Assembly (NCBI GenBank): GCA_038127095.1
Contig: JAYPGZ010000004.1
Location: 16,663 to 80,662, forward strand
Reading direction: 5' to 3'
DNA: 64,000 bases
Origin: Candidatus Roizmanbacteria bacterium
Lineage (GTDB): Bacteria > Patescibacteriota > Microgenomatia > UBA1406 > HO2-37-13b
The translations under genes and the position numbers were made by a program. This document shows, in pieces, positions 1 through 9,112 of this stretch; positions within the stretch are counted from its first letter, which is position 1; each line of letters opens with the position of its first letter. The notes beneath the pieces are model-generated. The model saw only the letters and a list, made by a program, of their open reading frames with translations. It had not been told where the DNA came from and did not search any database.

Positions 1-209
1 ATGAGCAGTATTCTGACGGTGAAGCCTTGCAACAAGCAATATTCGAACTTACCAAGACTGTTGGGATACCCCCTAAAAAAGCATTCCAGGCAATCTATTT
101 AGTTCTAATAAACAAGGACCACGGTCCCAAAGCTGGGTGGTTGCTATACGATGAGCTTGTCAGTAATAAGGACTTTCTGATACGTCGATTTACGAGTGAT
201 TTAGCTTAA
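1..209 (+). CDS. 3' end of a gene cut by the window edge; possibly class I lysyl-tRNA synthetase C-terminus
   Basis: Frame 3 is open from nt 3 to TAA 207-209; the track start at 27 is an internal TTG. The peptide AFQAIYLVLINKDHGPKAGWLL resembles, from memory, the conserved C-terminal region of class I LysRS. Not verifiable without a search. Confidence 0.4.
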   Translation, partial: EQYSDGEALQQAIFELTKTVGIPPKKAFQAIYLVLINKDHGPKAGWLLYDELVSNKDFLIRRFTSDLA

Positions 210-218
210 AAGGTGGTG

Positions 219-224
219 TATAAT
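219..224 (+). promoter_or_regulatory. -10 box (TATAAT) for serS, 7 nt from the ATG
   Basis: TATAAT at 219-224, then ttaccct, then ATG at 232. No convincing -35. Confidence 0.4.
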
Positions 225-231
225 TTACCCT

Positions 232-1536
232 ATGCTTTCTATTGATTTTATCCGCGCCAATAAAGAAAAAGTAGAACTTTGTTCGAAGAACAAGAATCGC
301 TCTGTTGATGTAAATGCACTTCTTACACTCGATGATACTCGACGGGAACTGATCGGTAAAGTCCAAAAGCTCCGTGAAGAAAGAAATTCACTTGCAAGTG
401 CAGGTTCCGATGAGAGCGCTCGAGAACGAGGACGAGTAATCAAAGATGAACTTAAAACAATTGAAGCTGAACTTGTTCAAGTTGAAACAAAACTTAATAA
501 TCTTCTTCTTACTGTTCCAAATGTATATCTTGATGAAGTGCCTGTTGGTACTGATGAATCAGGAAATCAAGAAATTTCGCAATGGGGCACAATTCCAGAA
601 TTTGATTTTGACCCATTATCACATATCGAATTGGGAGAGCGTTTAGATCTTTTTGATTTAAAACGAGGAGCTAAAGTTTCTGGTTTCCGAGGCTATTTTT
701 TAAAAAATCAGGCTGTTCAGCTTCAAATGGCACTCATACTTTATGTTATTAATAAGCTTGTTGCAAAAGGGTACACTCCTATTATTGCACCGTCAATTGT
801 TAAGAGTTTTACGTTGTTTGGAAACGGACAATTTCCGTGGGGAAAGGATGAGGTGTATGCATTAAACGATGACGATGCATATTTGGCCGGAACTGCAGAA
901 GTTCCCGTTACTGCATACTATGCAAATGAAACATTTGCAGAAAGTGATTTGCCAAAAAAATTCGTAGCGTTTTCTCCTTGTTTTAGAAAAGAGGCAGGTT
1001 CATACGGAAAAGATACAAAAGGATTATATCGAGTACATGAATTTTTCAAAATAGAACAGGTTATTATAGCAAAGGCAGATATTGATGAGGCTAAGAAATT
1101 GCATGAAGAATTGCAGAAGAATTGTGAAGAAATACTGCAAGAATTGAAACTTCCATATCACGTGTTGCTCATGTGTACCGGCGACATGGGTGAACCCCAA
1201 ATGAAAAAATATGACACTGAAGTGTATATGCCATCTCGAGGAGGCTATGGGGAAACAATGTCTAACTCTATAATGGGTGATTTTCAAACACGACGACTCG
1301 GTATAAAATATAAAGATACCGATGGTAATATGCATTATGCATATTCACTCAATAATACTGCTGTAGCATTCCCTCGAATTCTAATTCCACTACTAGAATT
1401 GAATCAGCAAAAAGATGGTTCAATTAAAATTCCCGAAATGCTGGTAAAATATACAGGCTTTGAAGTTATATCTGCGCGTCATCCTGAGCAGACCAGTCAT
1501 TCTGATCCGGCCGCTGGCGGAGAAGAATCTCATTAA
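232..1536 (+). CDS. serS: seryl-tRNA synthetase
   Basis: 434 aa. N-terminal coiled-coil arm and class II core motifs (FRKEAGSYGKDTKGLYRVHEF, NNTAVAFPRILI). The last ~18 aa (ARHPEQTSHSDPAAGGEESH) are encoded by the dispersed repeat element. Confidence 0.93.
   Translation: MLSIDFIRANKEKVELCSKNKNRSVDVNALLTLDDTRRELIGKVQKLREERNSLASAGSDESARERGRVIKDELKTIEAELVQVETKLNNLLLTVPNVYLDEVPVGTDESGNQEISQWGTIPEFDFDPLSHIELGERLDLFDLKRGAKVSGFRGYFLKNQAVQLQMALILYVINKLVAKGYTPIIAPSIVKSFTLFGNGQFPWGKDEVYALNDDDAYLAGTAEVPVTAYYANETFAESDLPKKFVAFSPCFRKEAGSYGKDTKGLYRVHEFFKIEQVIIAKADIDEAKKLHEELQKNCEEILQELKLPYHVLLMCTGDMGEPQMKKYDTEVYMPSRGGYGETMSNSIMGDFQTRRLGIKYKDTDGNMHYAYSLNNTAVAFPRILIPLLELNQQKDGSIKIPEMLVKYTGFEVISARHPEQTSHSDPAAGGEESH
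1478..1531 (+). repeat. dispersed bipartite element, copy 1 (left half duplicated)
   Basis: GTCATCCTGAGC (1478-1489), GTCATTCTGATC (1496-1507), GAAGAATCTC (1522-1531). Lies inside the 3' end of serS. Confidence 0.7.
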
Positions 1537-1544
1537 ATCACAGT

Positions 1545-4373
1545 ATGTTCAATCCATTCAAAAGTTTTTTTGACTTTAATAAAAAGGAAATCGATCGACT
1601 CGCCAAGCGAGTGGAAGAGATTAATAAACTTGAAGATTCTGTTCGTAACCTAAAAGATAAAGATTTCGCTGCAGAAACCAAAAAGCTGCAGGAACAATTA
1701 AAATCGGGAACATCGCTTGATGAGATTTTGCCATACTCTTTTGCACTCGTTCGCGAAGCAGCTCGTAGAGTTTTGGGAACACGCCACTATGATGTTCAAC
1801 TGATGGCGGGAATTGCGTTGCATGAAGGTACTGTTGCCGAACAAAAAACCGGAGAAGGAAAAACTTTATCTGCAACGTCTCCACTGTATTTAAATGCACT
1901 CACTGGAAAAGGAGTGCACCTTGTTACGGTAAACGATTACTTAGCACGCCGTGATGCAGGGTGGATGGGGCAACTTTTTAGTTTTCTTGGACTTTCTGTT
2001 TCTGCAATAATTTCTGAGCAGTCGTTTATGTACGACCCAACCGTTACTGATACACAAGCAACCGACTGGCGACTCATTCATTTGCGGCCAGTCTCGCGAA
2101 AAGAAGCGTATGATGCCGACATTACCTACGGAATTAATTCAGAATTTGGTTTCGATTATTTGCGTGACAACATGGCCAACGAAATGAGTGGATTAGTGCA
2201 GCGAGGTTTTCATTATGCTATTATAGACGAAGTTGATTCGGTATTAATCGACGAAGCGCGAACTCCGCACATTATTTCTGCCGCCTACGACAAGGACGTT
2301 TCAAAATATTATGACTATGCAACCATTGTTTCCAAATTAAAACCAACCGATTTTACTATCGATGAAAAACAAAGAACCGCGCATTTAACCGAAGCAGGCA
2401 TAGCCACCATTGAAGGAATTTTGAAGGTTGAAAATGTATATGAAAAAGACTTTGATACGGTCTTCCATGTGGAGGCAGCATTAAAAGCTAGAACGCTTTT
2501 TACCAAAGACAAAGATTACATTGTTAAAGATGGTGAAGTAATTATTGTAGATGAATTTACCGGACGACTATTACATGGTCGACGATTTTCGGAAGGGTTA
2601 CATCAGGCAATAGAAGCAAAAGAACGAGTGGAAATCAAACAAGAATCTAGAACGCTTGCGACAGTTTCGTTGCAAAACTACTTTAGAATGTATGAAAAGC
2701 TTGCTGGTATGACAGGAACGGCGGCAACCGAAGCGGAAGAATTTTCAAAAATATATAAATTAAATGTCATTGTCTTTCCAACTCATAATAATGCCCAGCG
2801 TATAGATCACCCCGACTTGATTTACAAAACAGAATTAGGAAAATTTAATGCCGTAGTTGCCGATGTTGCAGCACAGCACAAAACAGGTCGACCAGTGCTT
2901 ATTGGAACCACATCGATTCAAAAAAATGAACTACTTTCACAACTTCTTAAGAAAAATGGTATTCCACATACTTTGCTAAATGCAAAAAATCATTTAAAGG
3001 AAGCGCAAATTATTGCTGCTGCCGGTACAAAAGGAGCAGTAACAGTCGCCACTAACATGGCAGGGCGTGGTGTTGATATTGTTTTGGGTGGTGAAGCACC
3101 CAATAAATATGAGCGAACTGTTGCAGTTGTCGGAGAAGAAAAAGAAGGAAAAAAGAAGAGAGAGCTAGATGATAAAAAAAATGACGAAAAATTTGAAAAG
3201 AAAATGAATGAATGGAGAAAGAAACATGATGAAGTTCTCTCACTCGGAGGTCTATATGTCATCGGAACGGAGCGTCATGAATCTCGACGTATCGACAATC
3301 AGCTTCGAGGACGATCAGGTCGACAAGGTGACGCTGGAGAAACACGGTTCTTTGTTTCACTCGAAGATGATTTAATGAGAATTTTTGGAGGAGAACAAGT
3401 TGCAAAACTCATGAATTTTTTCAATATTCCCGAAGATCAACCGCTTGAACATAAAATGGTTTCTCGAGCGCTTGAACAATCACAAGTAAAAGTCGAGGGA
3501 TTTAACTTTGACATGCGAAAACATTTGGTTGAATATGACGATGTGCTTAATAAGCAAAGAGAAGTTATTTATGCATTGCGCAATCAAATTCTTCGATCTG
3601 AAAGTAAGGAAGTAGATGAAATTGCTTCAAAATTATTTGATGATGAAATTCAATCACTCGTTAATATGTATGTTTATTTTGATGAGGATGACGTGAATTT
3701 TGAAAAACTTTCACAAGAATTTTCACAAATTATCGGCATCGATCCAAAAAAGCTACAAGGTGAACTGGAAAAATTAGATAAGCCGGAAATAGAGGAAGTG
3801 CTGACGAAAAAATTGCAAGCAAGTTATAAGAAAAAGCAAAAAGATCTAGGTGTAGATGTATGGAAACAAGCAGTTCAAATTGTGTATTTATCTACTATTG
3901 ATCGATATTGGACAGAACATTTGACTGCAATTGATGATTTGCGTGATGGAATTCGATTCCGTGGATATGCGCAACTTGATCCGCTAGTAGAGTATAAGAA
4001 TGAAGCGTACACTATGTTTGAAAAATTGTTATCTGATATTAATTACGATGTCTCGCGCCGACTACTTCATATAGAAGTTACACAAAATATTCCTCAAGCG
4101 CAAAGTATCGATGAAAGTAAAATGCAATTATCATCCGCTTCTGCGGTCAATGCATTTGCTGCTCAAAGCGATTCACACGCTGGTCATGACCATATTCACG
4201 ATGATTCCCACGACGGACACGATCATTCCGGCCACACTCATACTCATACACATGTCGAGCAGAGCGTTCCTGCGCAATCCACCAAAATCGGCCGCAACGA
4301 TCCCTGTCCTTGCGGGAGCGGATTAAAATGGAAAAAATGCGGACTTATTAATGCACCCGAGCATAAGGCTTAA
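1545..4373 (+). CDS. secA: preprotein translocase ATPase SecA
   Basis: 942 aa. Motor motifs AEQKTGEGKTL, DEVDSVLIDEARTP, GRGVDIVLGG and TERHESRRIDNQLRGRSGRQGD. C-terminal CPCGSG zinc-finger-like tail preceded by a His-rich tract. Confidence 0.97.
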   Translation: MFNPFKSFFDFNKKEIDRLAKRVEEINKLEDSVRNLKDKDFAAETKKLQEQLKSGTSLDEILPYSFALVREAARRVLGTRHYDVQLMAGIALHEGTVAEQKTGEGKTLSATSPLYLNALTGKGVHLVTVNDYLARRDAGWMGQLFSFLGLSVSAIISEQSFMYDPTVTDTQATDWRLIHLRPVSRKEAYDADITYGINSEFGFDYLRDNMANEMSGLVQRGFHYAIIDEVDSVLIDEARTPHIISAAYDKDVSKYYDYATIVSKLKPTDFTIDEKQRTAHLTEAGIATIEGILKVENVYEKDFDTVFHVEAALKARTLFTKDKDYIVKDGEVIIVDEFTGRLLHGRRFSEGLHQAIEAKERVEIKQESRTLATVSLQNYFRMYEKLAGMTGTAATEAEEFSKIYKLNVIVFPTHNNAQRIDHPDLIYKTELGKFNAVVADVAAQHKTGRPVLIGTTSIQKNELLSQLLKKNGIPHTLLNAKNHLKEAQIIAAAGTKGAVTVATNMAGRGVDIVLGGEAPNKYERTVAVVGEEKEGKKKRELDDKKNDEKFEKKMNEWRKKHDEVLSLGGLYVIGTERHESRRIDNQLRGRSGRQGDAGETRFFVSLEDDLMRIFGGEQVAKLMNFFNIPEDQPLEHKMVSRALEQSQVKVEGFNFDMRKHLVEYDDVLNKQREVIYALRNQILRSESKEVDEIASKLFDDEIQSLVNMYVYFDEDDVNFEKLSQEFSQIIGIDPKKLQGELEKLDKPEIEEVLTKKLQASYKKKQKDLGVDVWKQAVQIVYLSTIDRYWTEHLTAIDDLRDGIRFRGYAQLDPLVEYKNEAYTMFEKLLSDINYDVSRRLLHIEVTQNIPQAQSIDESKMQLSSASAVNAFAAQSDSHAGHDHIHDDSHDGHDHSGHTHTHTHVEQSVPAQSTKIGRNDPCPCGSGLKWKKCGLINAPEHKA

Positions 4374-4382
4374 TGTTTTAAT
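4374..4382 (+). promoter_or_regulatory. candidate extended -10 (TGtTTTAAT), 6 nt from the ATG at 4389
   Basis: TG at 4374-4375, TTTAAT at 4377-4382. Overlaps the secA stop region. Weak hexamer. Confidence 0.3.
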
Positions 4383-4388
4383 ATCTAA

Positions 4389-5219
4389 ATGGAAAAAAGT
4401 TCTATCAAAAATAGAAAAGGACAAAACATTGTTGTTCTTCTAGAAAAGTCAGATAATCAAAAAGGACTTGCGTTTGTTATGCATGGGTTAAGTGGAAACA
4501 AGGAACAACCGCATATTGCCACTTTTGCACAAGCATTCAAAGAAAAAGGATATACCGTAGTACGATTTGATACAACTAACACATTTGGGGAAAGTGATGG
4601 AAAATATGAAGATGCAACTGTAACAAGTTATTTTCAAGATTTGGAAGATGTCATTTCCTGGGCAAAAACACAAGACTGGTATCAAGAGCCGTTTTATCTT
4701 GCAGGACACAGTTTAGGAGGAATATCAGTAATTCTGTATGCTCAAAATCATCCTCATGAAGCCAAAGGACTCGCTCCCATATCATCTCTTGTATCAGGAA
4801 AGCTGAGCTTGACTTTGCATAAAAATAAGGATACCGCTGGAGAATGGAAGCGTACTGGATGGAAAGAAGAAATGAGTAGCTCAGTCCCAGGACGACTCAA
4901 GAGACTACCATGGACGCACATGGAGGATAGGCTCAAATACGATGTTCTACTTGAGGCTGATAAGCTAACGATGCCCGTTCTCCTTATCGTAGGAGAAAAT
5001 GATGACCGTACTCCACCTGAACACCAACAGATGTTATATGACAAACTTCCAGGCGCGAAGGAGATACATATTATTAAAGATGCTCCTCATACTTTTGTTG
5101 AACAGATTCAATTGGAAGAAATAAGAGAGATATTTAGAAAGTGGATCGATAAACCTCCTAATTATTCACACTTGTATACGATCGAAGAGCAAATTTCCAA
5201 AATTTTCTTGAAAGTATAA
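4389..5219 (+). CDS. alpha/beta-fold hydrolase (serine esterase/peptidase-like)
   Basis: 276 aa. Nucleophile elbow GHSLGG; late D and H candidates (ENDDRT, DAPHTF). Confidence 0.75.
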   Translation: MEKSSIKNRKGQNIVVLLEKSDNQKGLAFVMHGLSGNKEQPHIATFAQAFKEKGYTVVRFDTTNTFGESDGKYEDATVTSYFQDLEDVISWAKTQDWYQEPFYLAGHSLGGISVILYAQNHPHEAKGLAPISSLVSGKLSLTLHKNKDTAGEWKRTGWKEEMSSSVPGRLKRLPWTHMEDRLKYDVLLEADKLTMPVLLIVGENDDRTPPEHQQMLYDKLPGAKEIHIIKDAPHTFVEQIQLEEIREIFRKWIDKPPNYSHLYTIEEQISKIFLKV

Positions 5220-5946
5220 ACAGCAGAAAGGAAAAGATCATGAACCACGCAATACTTGTCACTGCTGCATTTCCCGAAAATGCTCTTGTGGGTATTGCGA
5301 TTACAAACAAGAGTGGTGTTACCAAAAGTACAAAAGAGCTACCAAATCGGCTCATAATTTCCGGGGGGTATCGCATTATTCCAGCAGTTGTATACAGCAA
5401 GCCAACCACATTATCTAATCGCGGTTGCCACATGACTATTGTTGAAACAAGAAACCAAAATGAATAAGAAGAAATAATTGCGATAATAATAAGTAGCACA
5501 TATAAAGTAACATGAGTGAAGGTAATAGCGATGTTGTATGAAATTGTGGTATATATTACAAACGCAATACCTAAGATAACTCGCGCAAGTTCGTCATACG
5601 AAACTTGCCAAATGCTCATTAAAAATTGTGAGTCAATCGGTTTTAATAAAAGCGTGTCCAATCGACCACTCAAAATCGTACGAGAAAATTCATGAAAGTT
5701 CTTAACAAATAGAAAGCGAAATAGTCCCCACATTATGCCGAATGTGCCGGTAAGTAAATACAGTTCTGCTTTAGACCATCCATATATCGATTGTATACGA
5801 TAGGTCAAGATAAATATTGATATGTAGTGAAAAATTCCCCATGTAAGAGATCCAACTAAATGGCTAAAAAAACCTGCTCGGTACGTAATTATCGAAGATA
5901 ATCCGATCAATGAAAACTGTTTATATATATGAACGTAACGTCTCAT
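5158..5946 (-). CDS. ABC-2 type transporter permease (second permease)
   Basis: Multi-TM protein. I prefer ATG 5946 (MRRYVHIYKQF...) because the track start at 6132 overlaps the upstream permease by 185 nt, whereas 5946 lies 1 nt after its TAG (5948-5950). Confidence 0.7.
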   Translation of the reverse strand: MRRYVHIYKQFSLIGLSSIITYRAGFFSHLVGSLTWGIFHYISIFILTYRIQSIYGWSKAELYLLTGTFGIMWGLFRFLFVKNFHEFSRTILSGRLDTLLLKPIDSQFLMSIWQVSYDELARVILGIAFVIYTTISYNIAITFTHVTLYVLLIIIAIISSYSFWFLVSTIVMWQPRLDNVVGLLYTTAGIMRYPPEIMSRFGSSFVLLVTPLLFVIAIPTRAFSGNAAVTSIAWFMIFSFLLFILSRKFWKFALRSYTSVNN

Positions 5947-5947
5947 A

Positions 5948-6727
5948 CTATTGGCCAACTCCACTAAACTTTCTAATTCCAAAATACCATAGCAGTTTAT
6001 ACGTACATCCAAAAATTGCAATCCATAAAACTTGCATGACAATAATCCAAAGCTGCATGTGTGAAGTGGTATTTCCCAGTAGGGTAATTGCTGGAAAGTA
6101 AATGAAGTATGCAAAAGGCAGCGTGTATGCAATCGAACTCATCCAAAGTGGTAAAAATGACAAAGGTATCATCATGCCAGAAAGAATCATCCGTACCACC
6201 TCCCATGTATTTAATATTCCGTTCATGTCTATAATCCAAAAAGCAATAAGTGAAATTGTTGCTTGAATTATAAATGAGAGTAAATACGCCAATATGATAA
6301 TGAGTACTGATGCAGACGAAATAACTACCGGTGGTATTGCGATAAAATATGAAAGTAGCATGTATGCGGCAATTCCATACAACCCTTGAATAAGTCGGTG
6401 TGGTAATTCCTCAAAAAAACTAAGTAATAAATAAGGAAATGGACGCGTTAAATATCGAACTAACTCGCCAGAGCGAATATCGCTCTTGGCAATTTTCTCT
6501 TCAATATGTGAAATAAGTGTTGTATTAAGAATAATTAGGAGTAAGTAATACGAGTTTATCTGTGTCTGACTAAATCCCGAAATCGTTGATTGTTTTGCAA
6601 ACGCTCCTTGCCAGAAAAGAATGAGCATAAGAGGATTAATAATATTAATTATGAAATAAACAAATGCTCGTGATCGTACTTGTAGTACATCTTCAAAATG
6701 GAGAGTGAGAATTCTTAAATATCTCAT
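5948..6727 (-). CDS. ABC-2 type transporter permease (first permease)
   Basis: 259 aa with about 6 TM. Directly follows the ATPase after a 2-nt gap. A three-gene ATPase plus two permeases module of an uncharacterised ABC-2 type. Confidence 0.7.
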   Translation of the reverse strand: MRYLRILTLHFEDVLQVRSRAFVYFIINIINPLMLILFWQGAFAKQSTISGFSQTQINSYYLLLIILNTTLISHIEEKIAKSDIRSGELVRYLTRPFPYLLLSFFEELPHRLIQGLYGIAAYMLLSYFIAIPPVVISSASVLIIILAYLLSFIIQATISLIAFWIIDMNGILNTWEVVRMILSGMMIPLSFLPLWMSSIAYTLPFAYFIYFPAITLLGNTTSHMQLWIIVMQVLWIAIFGCTYKLLWYFGIRKFSGVGQ

Positions 6728-6729
6728 AA

Positions 6730-7707
6730 TTACACAGATGCAGTAAAGAATTCTCGAACAACGTCTTCAATGCTCGGTTCTTCTACTGTAAATTCATCGA
6801 CATCAAATTTATCAAGAATATGTGCTGCTACATGATTTGTTTTTTCACGATTAACCAATAATTCAATTTTTGAATTTCCGATTTTTTTTGCTTCCCCAAA
6901 TTGCATAAATGCTTCTAGAGTAATAGGAGTGTTAAACGTAAATGTTAATATTTTATGGGGAGAATATTTTTGAACTAACGTTGCAAGCTTTCCATCGTAC
7001 ATTATTTTTCCTTGATCAATAAATATAATTCTTTTACATAATTTTTTTACATCTTCCATGTAGTGGCTGGTAAGTAGAATAGTTGATTCATACTTTGCGT
7101 TGTACTCCTTAATAAAATCACGTAAATTTTGTTGCATAACAACATCAAGTCCAATAGTGGGTTCATCTAAAAATAATATTTCAGGGGAATGAATTAATTG
7201 ATTAATTAGTTCACATTTCATACGTTGCCCTAGTGAAAGTTTGCGAACTTGTACATGCATAATATCAACTACGTCAAGTAGTTCGGTAAGCTCTTTAATA
7301 ATGTTTTCAAAACGAGATGTTTCTACTTCATAAATTTCTTTGTTGAGTAAAAATGATTCGTATGGAGGAAGATCCATCCATAGTTGATTTTTCTGACCCA
7401 TAACGAGTGAGATTTTCTTCAAAAATTGCGTTTTTCTATCAAATGGTTTGTAACCTGCTACTGATACTTTTCCAGAAGTGGGGTAAATAAGTCCGGACAG
7501 ACATTTGAGGGTTGTTGTTTTTCCCGCGCCGTTTGGGCCAATGAATCCAATAAGCTCTCCTTTTTCAATCGAAAACGAAACATCATTGACCGCATATTTA
7601 GTAACGTATTCTCGACTAAAAAGTGATTTAAATGACCCGGCAATTCCAGGCGCTTTTTTGTATGAAGAAAATGTTTTAGTTAAATGTTCTACGGAAATTA
7701 TTGACAT
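6730..7707 (-). CDS. ABC transporter ATP-binding protein
   Basis: Walker A GPNGAGKTT, signature LSLGQRM, Walker B ILFLDEPT. Start moved to ATG 7707 (MSIISVEHL); the track start at 7725 is a TTG inside the -10 box. Confidence 0.9.
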   Translation of the reverse strand: MSIISVEHLTKTFSSYKKAPGIAGSFKSLFSREYVTKYAVNDVSFSIEKGELIGFIGPNGAGKTTTLKCLSGLIYPTSGKVSVAGYKPFDRKTQFLKKISLVMGQKNQLWMDLPPYESFLLNKEIYEVETSRFENIIKELTELLDVVDIMHVQVRKLSLGQRMKCELINQLIHSPEILFLDEPTIGLDVVMQQNLRDFIKEYNAKYESTILLTSHYMEDVKKLCKRIIFIDQGKIMYDGKLATLVQKYSPHKILTFTFNTPITLEAFMQFGEAKKIGNSKIELLVNREKTNHVAAHILDKFDVDEFTVEEPSIEDVVREFFTASV

Positions 7708-7713
7708 GCATTC

Positions 7714-7722
7714 ATTGTAGCA
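7714..7722 (-). promoter_or_regulatory. extended -10 (TGcTACAAT) for the ABC operon, 6 nt from the ATG at 7707
   Basis: The minus strand reads tgcTACAATgaatgcATG. Confidence 0.5.
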
Positions 7723-7756
7723 CAAAATGACATCATGGCTTTGCTAAAGAGTAGGT

Positions 7757-7784
7757 GTCATTCTGAGCGCATGCGAAGGATCTC
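7757..7784 (+). repeat. dispersed bipartite element, copy 2
   Basis: GTCATTCTGAGC-gcatgc-GAAGGATCTC. Its reverse complement encodes the last residues (EILRMRSE) and the TGA stop of eno. Confidence 0.75.
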
Positions 7785-9014
7785 AACTTGCTCAATCTCA
7801 ATTAGTCTATTGTATTTGGCAAGTCGTTCGCTTCTGCTCATGCTGCCAGCTTTTAAATAATCTGCATCACACGCGTATGATAGGTCGGCAATAAATGAAT
7901 CTTCCGTTTCACCAGAACGGTGAGAAATGACTACTTTCATATCGGCATCTTTTGCAAGTTTTATTGCTTCTACGGTTTCGTAAAGTGTGCCGATTTGATT
8001 GGGTTTAATTAGTACCGCATTAGTTGCTTTTTGCGCGATTCCTTTTTGAATACGGGTCGGATCTGTCGTATATAAGTCATCTCCAACTATAAGACCAGTA
8101 TCGCCAAAGTTTTTAGTAAACGTTGAAAAGTTGCTCCAATCATCTTCTGCAAATGGATCTTCGAAAGAATATACTCCAAATGTAGTTTGAAGCGTATGGT
8201 AATAGGCGGAAAGTTCTTGTGCAGATAGGCTTTTATTTTGTTTTTTAAAGAAATATGCTCCATCTTTATATAGTTCCGAAGCAGCAATGTCGACGCCATA
8301 CTTAATATCTTGTTCGTGATTAGAAAGGTTAACAGCGCGTTGAATTATCTCAAACACTGCCTCGTTAGAATCTAGGATCGGAGAGTAGCCGCCTTCGTCA
8401 CCTTTGAGCAATGAAAGATTTTCTTTATTAAGTAATTCTCCTAAGGTTTGGAAAACTTCTTGGGCAATTTCCACAGCCTTGCTTGGAGATGTGCTTTGGG
8501 GAATAATCATAAATTCCTGAATATCAAAATTCCAGTTTGCGTGAGCACCGCCATTGACAATATTTACCATGAGTTTCAAAAATTGGGGTTTTGTTTTTGG
8601 GAAATAATATTCATTAAGTGTTTTCCATAGCGGTTCGTTCTTATAAAGTGAGAATGCCCGGGCGCAGGCAAGTGAAACAGCCAAAATTGAATTTGCTCCC
8701 AATCGCGATTTATTTTCAGTTCCATCAAGCGCTATCATCTTATCATCAAGTTCTTGAAGTAAACCGATGTCGTGCCCTTTTAATAAAGTATTAATTTCAG
8801 TATTAATATTGTTATCTGCTTTTCGAACTCCTTTTCCTGCAAATGCATTTTTGTCACCATCGCGCAGTTCTACTTTTTCATGAACTCCAGTAGACGCTCC
8901 ACTAGGAACTGATGCTTTTGCTATCATGCCATTTTGTAATTCAACATATGCTTCTACAGTCGGATTGCCGCGGGAATCAAGAATTTGAATTGCATGAATT
9001 GAGTGGATTTTCAT
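7758..9014 (-). CDS. eno: enolase
   Basis: ILDSRGNPTVEA near the N-terminus, SHRSGETED, KYNRLIEIE. Start at ATG 9014 (MKIHSIHAIQILDSRGNPT) gives the canonical N-terminus. The track start at 9053 lies inside an inverted repeat. Confidence 0.95.
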   Translation of the reverse strand: MKIHSIHAIQILDSRGNPTVEAYVELQNGMIAKASVPSGASTGVHEKVELRDGDKNAFAGKGVRKADNNINTEINTLLKGHDIGLLQELDDKMIALDGTENKSRLGANSILAVSLACARAFSLYKNEPLWKTLNEYYFPKTKPQFLKLMVNIVNGGAHANWNFDIQEFMIIPQSTSPSKAVEIAQEVFQTLGELLNKENLSLLKGDEGGYSPILDSNEAVFEIIQRAVNLSNHEQDIKYGVDIAASELYKDGAYFFKKQNKSLSAQELSAYYHTLQTTFGVYSFEDPFAEDDWSNFSTFTKNFGDTGLIVGDDLYTTDPTRIQKGIAQKATNAVLIKPNQIGTLYETVEAIKLAKDADMKVVISHRSGETEDSFIADLSYACDADYLKAGSMSRSERLAKYNRLIEIEQVEILRMRSE

Positions 9015-9030
9015 ATTAAGAAGCAACTCC

Positions 9031-9099
9031 GTGAAAACGTTATTTGCTCGCAATTCACCCCATGGGGGACCCCAATTGACTTCGCAAACAAGTTTTCAC
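9031..9099. other. 69-nt imperfect inverted repeat with a GC-rich centre, between the exonuclease gene and eno
   Basis: GTGAAAAC (9031-9038) pairs with GTTTTCAC (9092-9099). Inner arms TTATTTGC/GCAAACAA and CAATT/CAATTG. The centre CACCCCATGGGGGACCCC is self-complementary. Confidence 0.5.
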
Positions 9100-9112
9100 T
9101 ACGTTGCAATTT

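Noticed and set aside
209-232. T-box or other riboswitch leaders upstream of the aminoacyl-tRNA synthetase genes (serS, glyQS, ileS).
   Set aside because: The intergenic gaps are only 22, 33 and 18 nt and are occupied by -10 boxes, leaving no room for a structured leader.
4176-4253. The CAY/ACN-rich His-codon tract in secA as a tandem repeat or slippage artefact.
   Set aside because: The repeat is imperfect, stays in frame, and is followed by the conserved zinc-finger tail. I treated it as coding low-complexity sequence and reported it as a protein feature instead.
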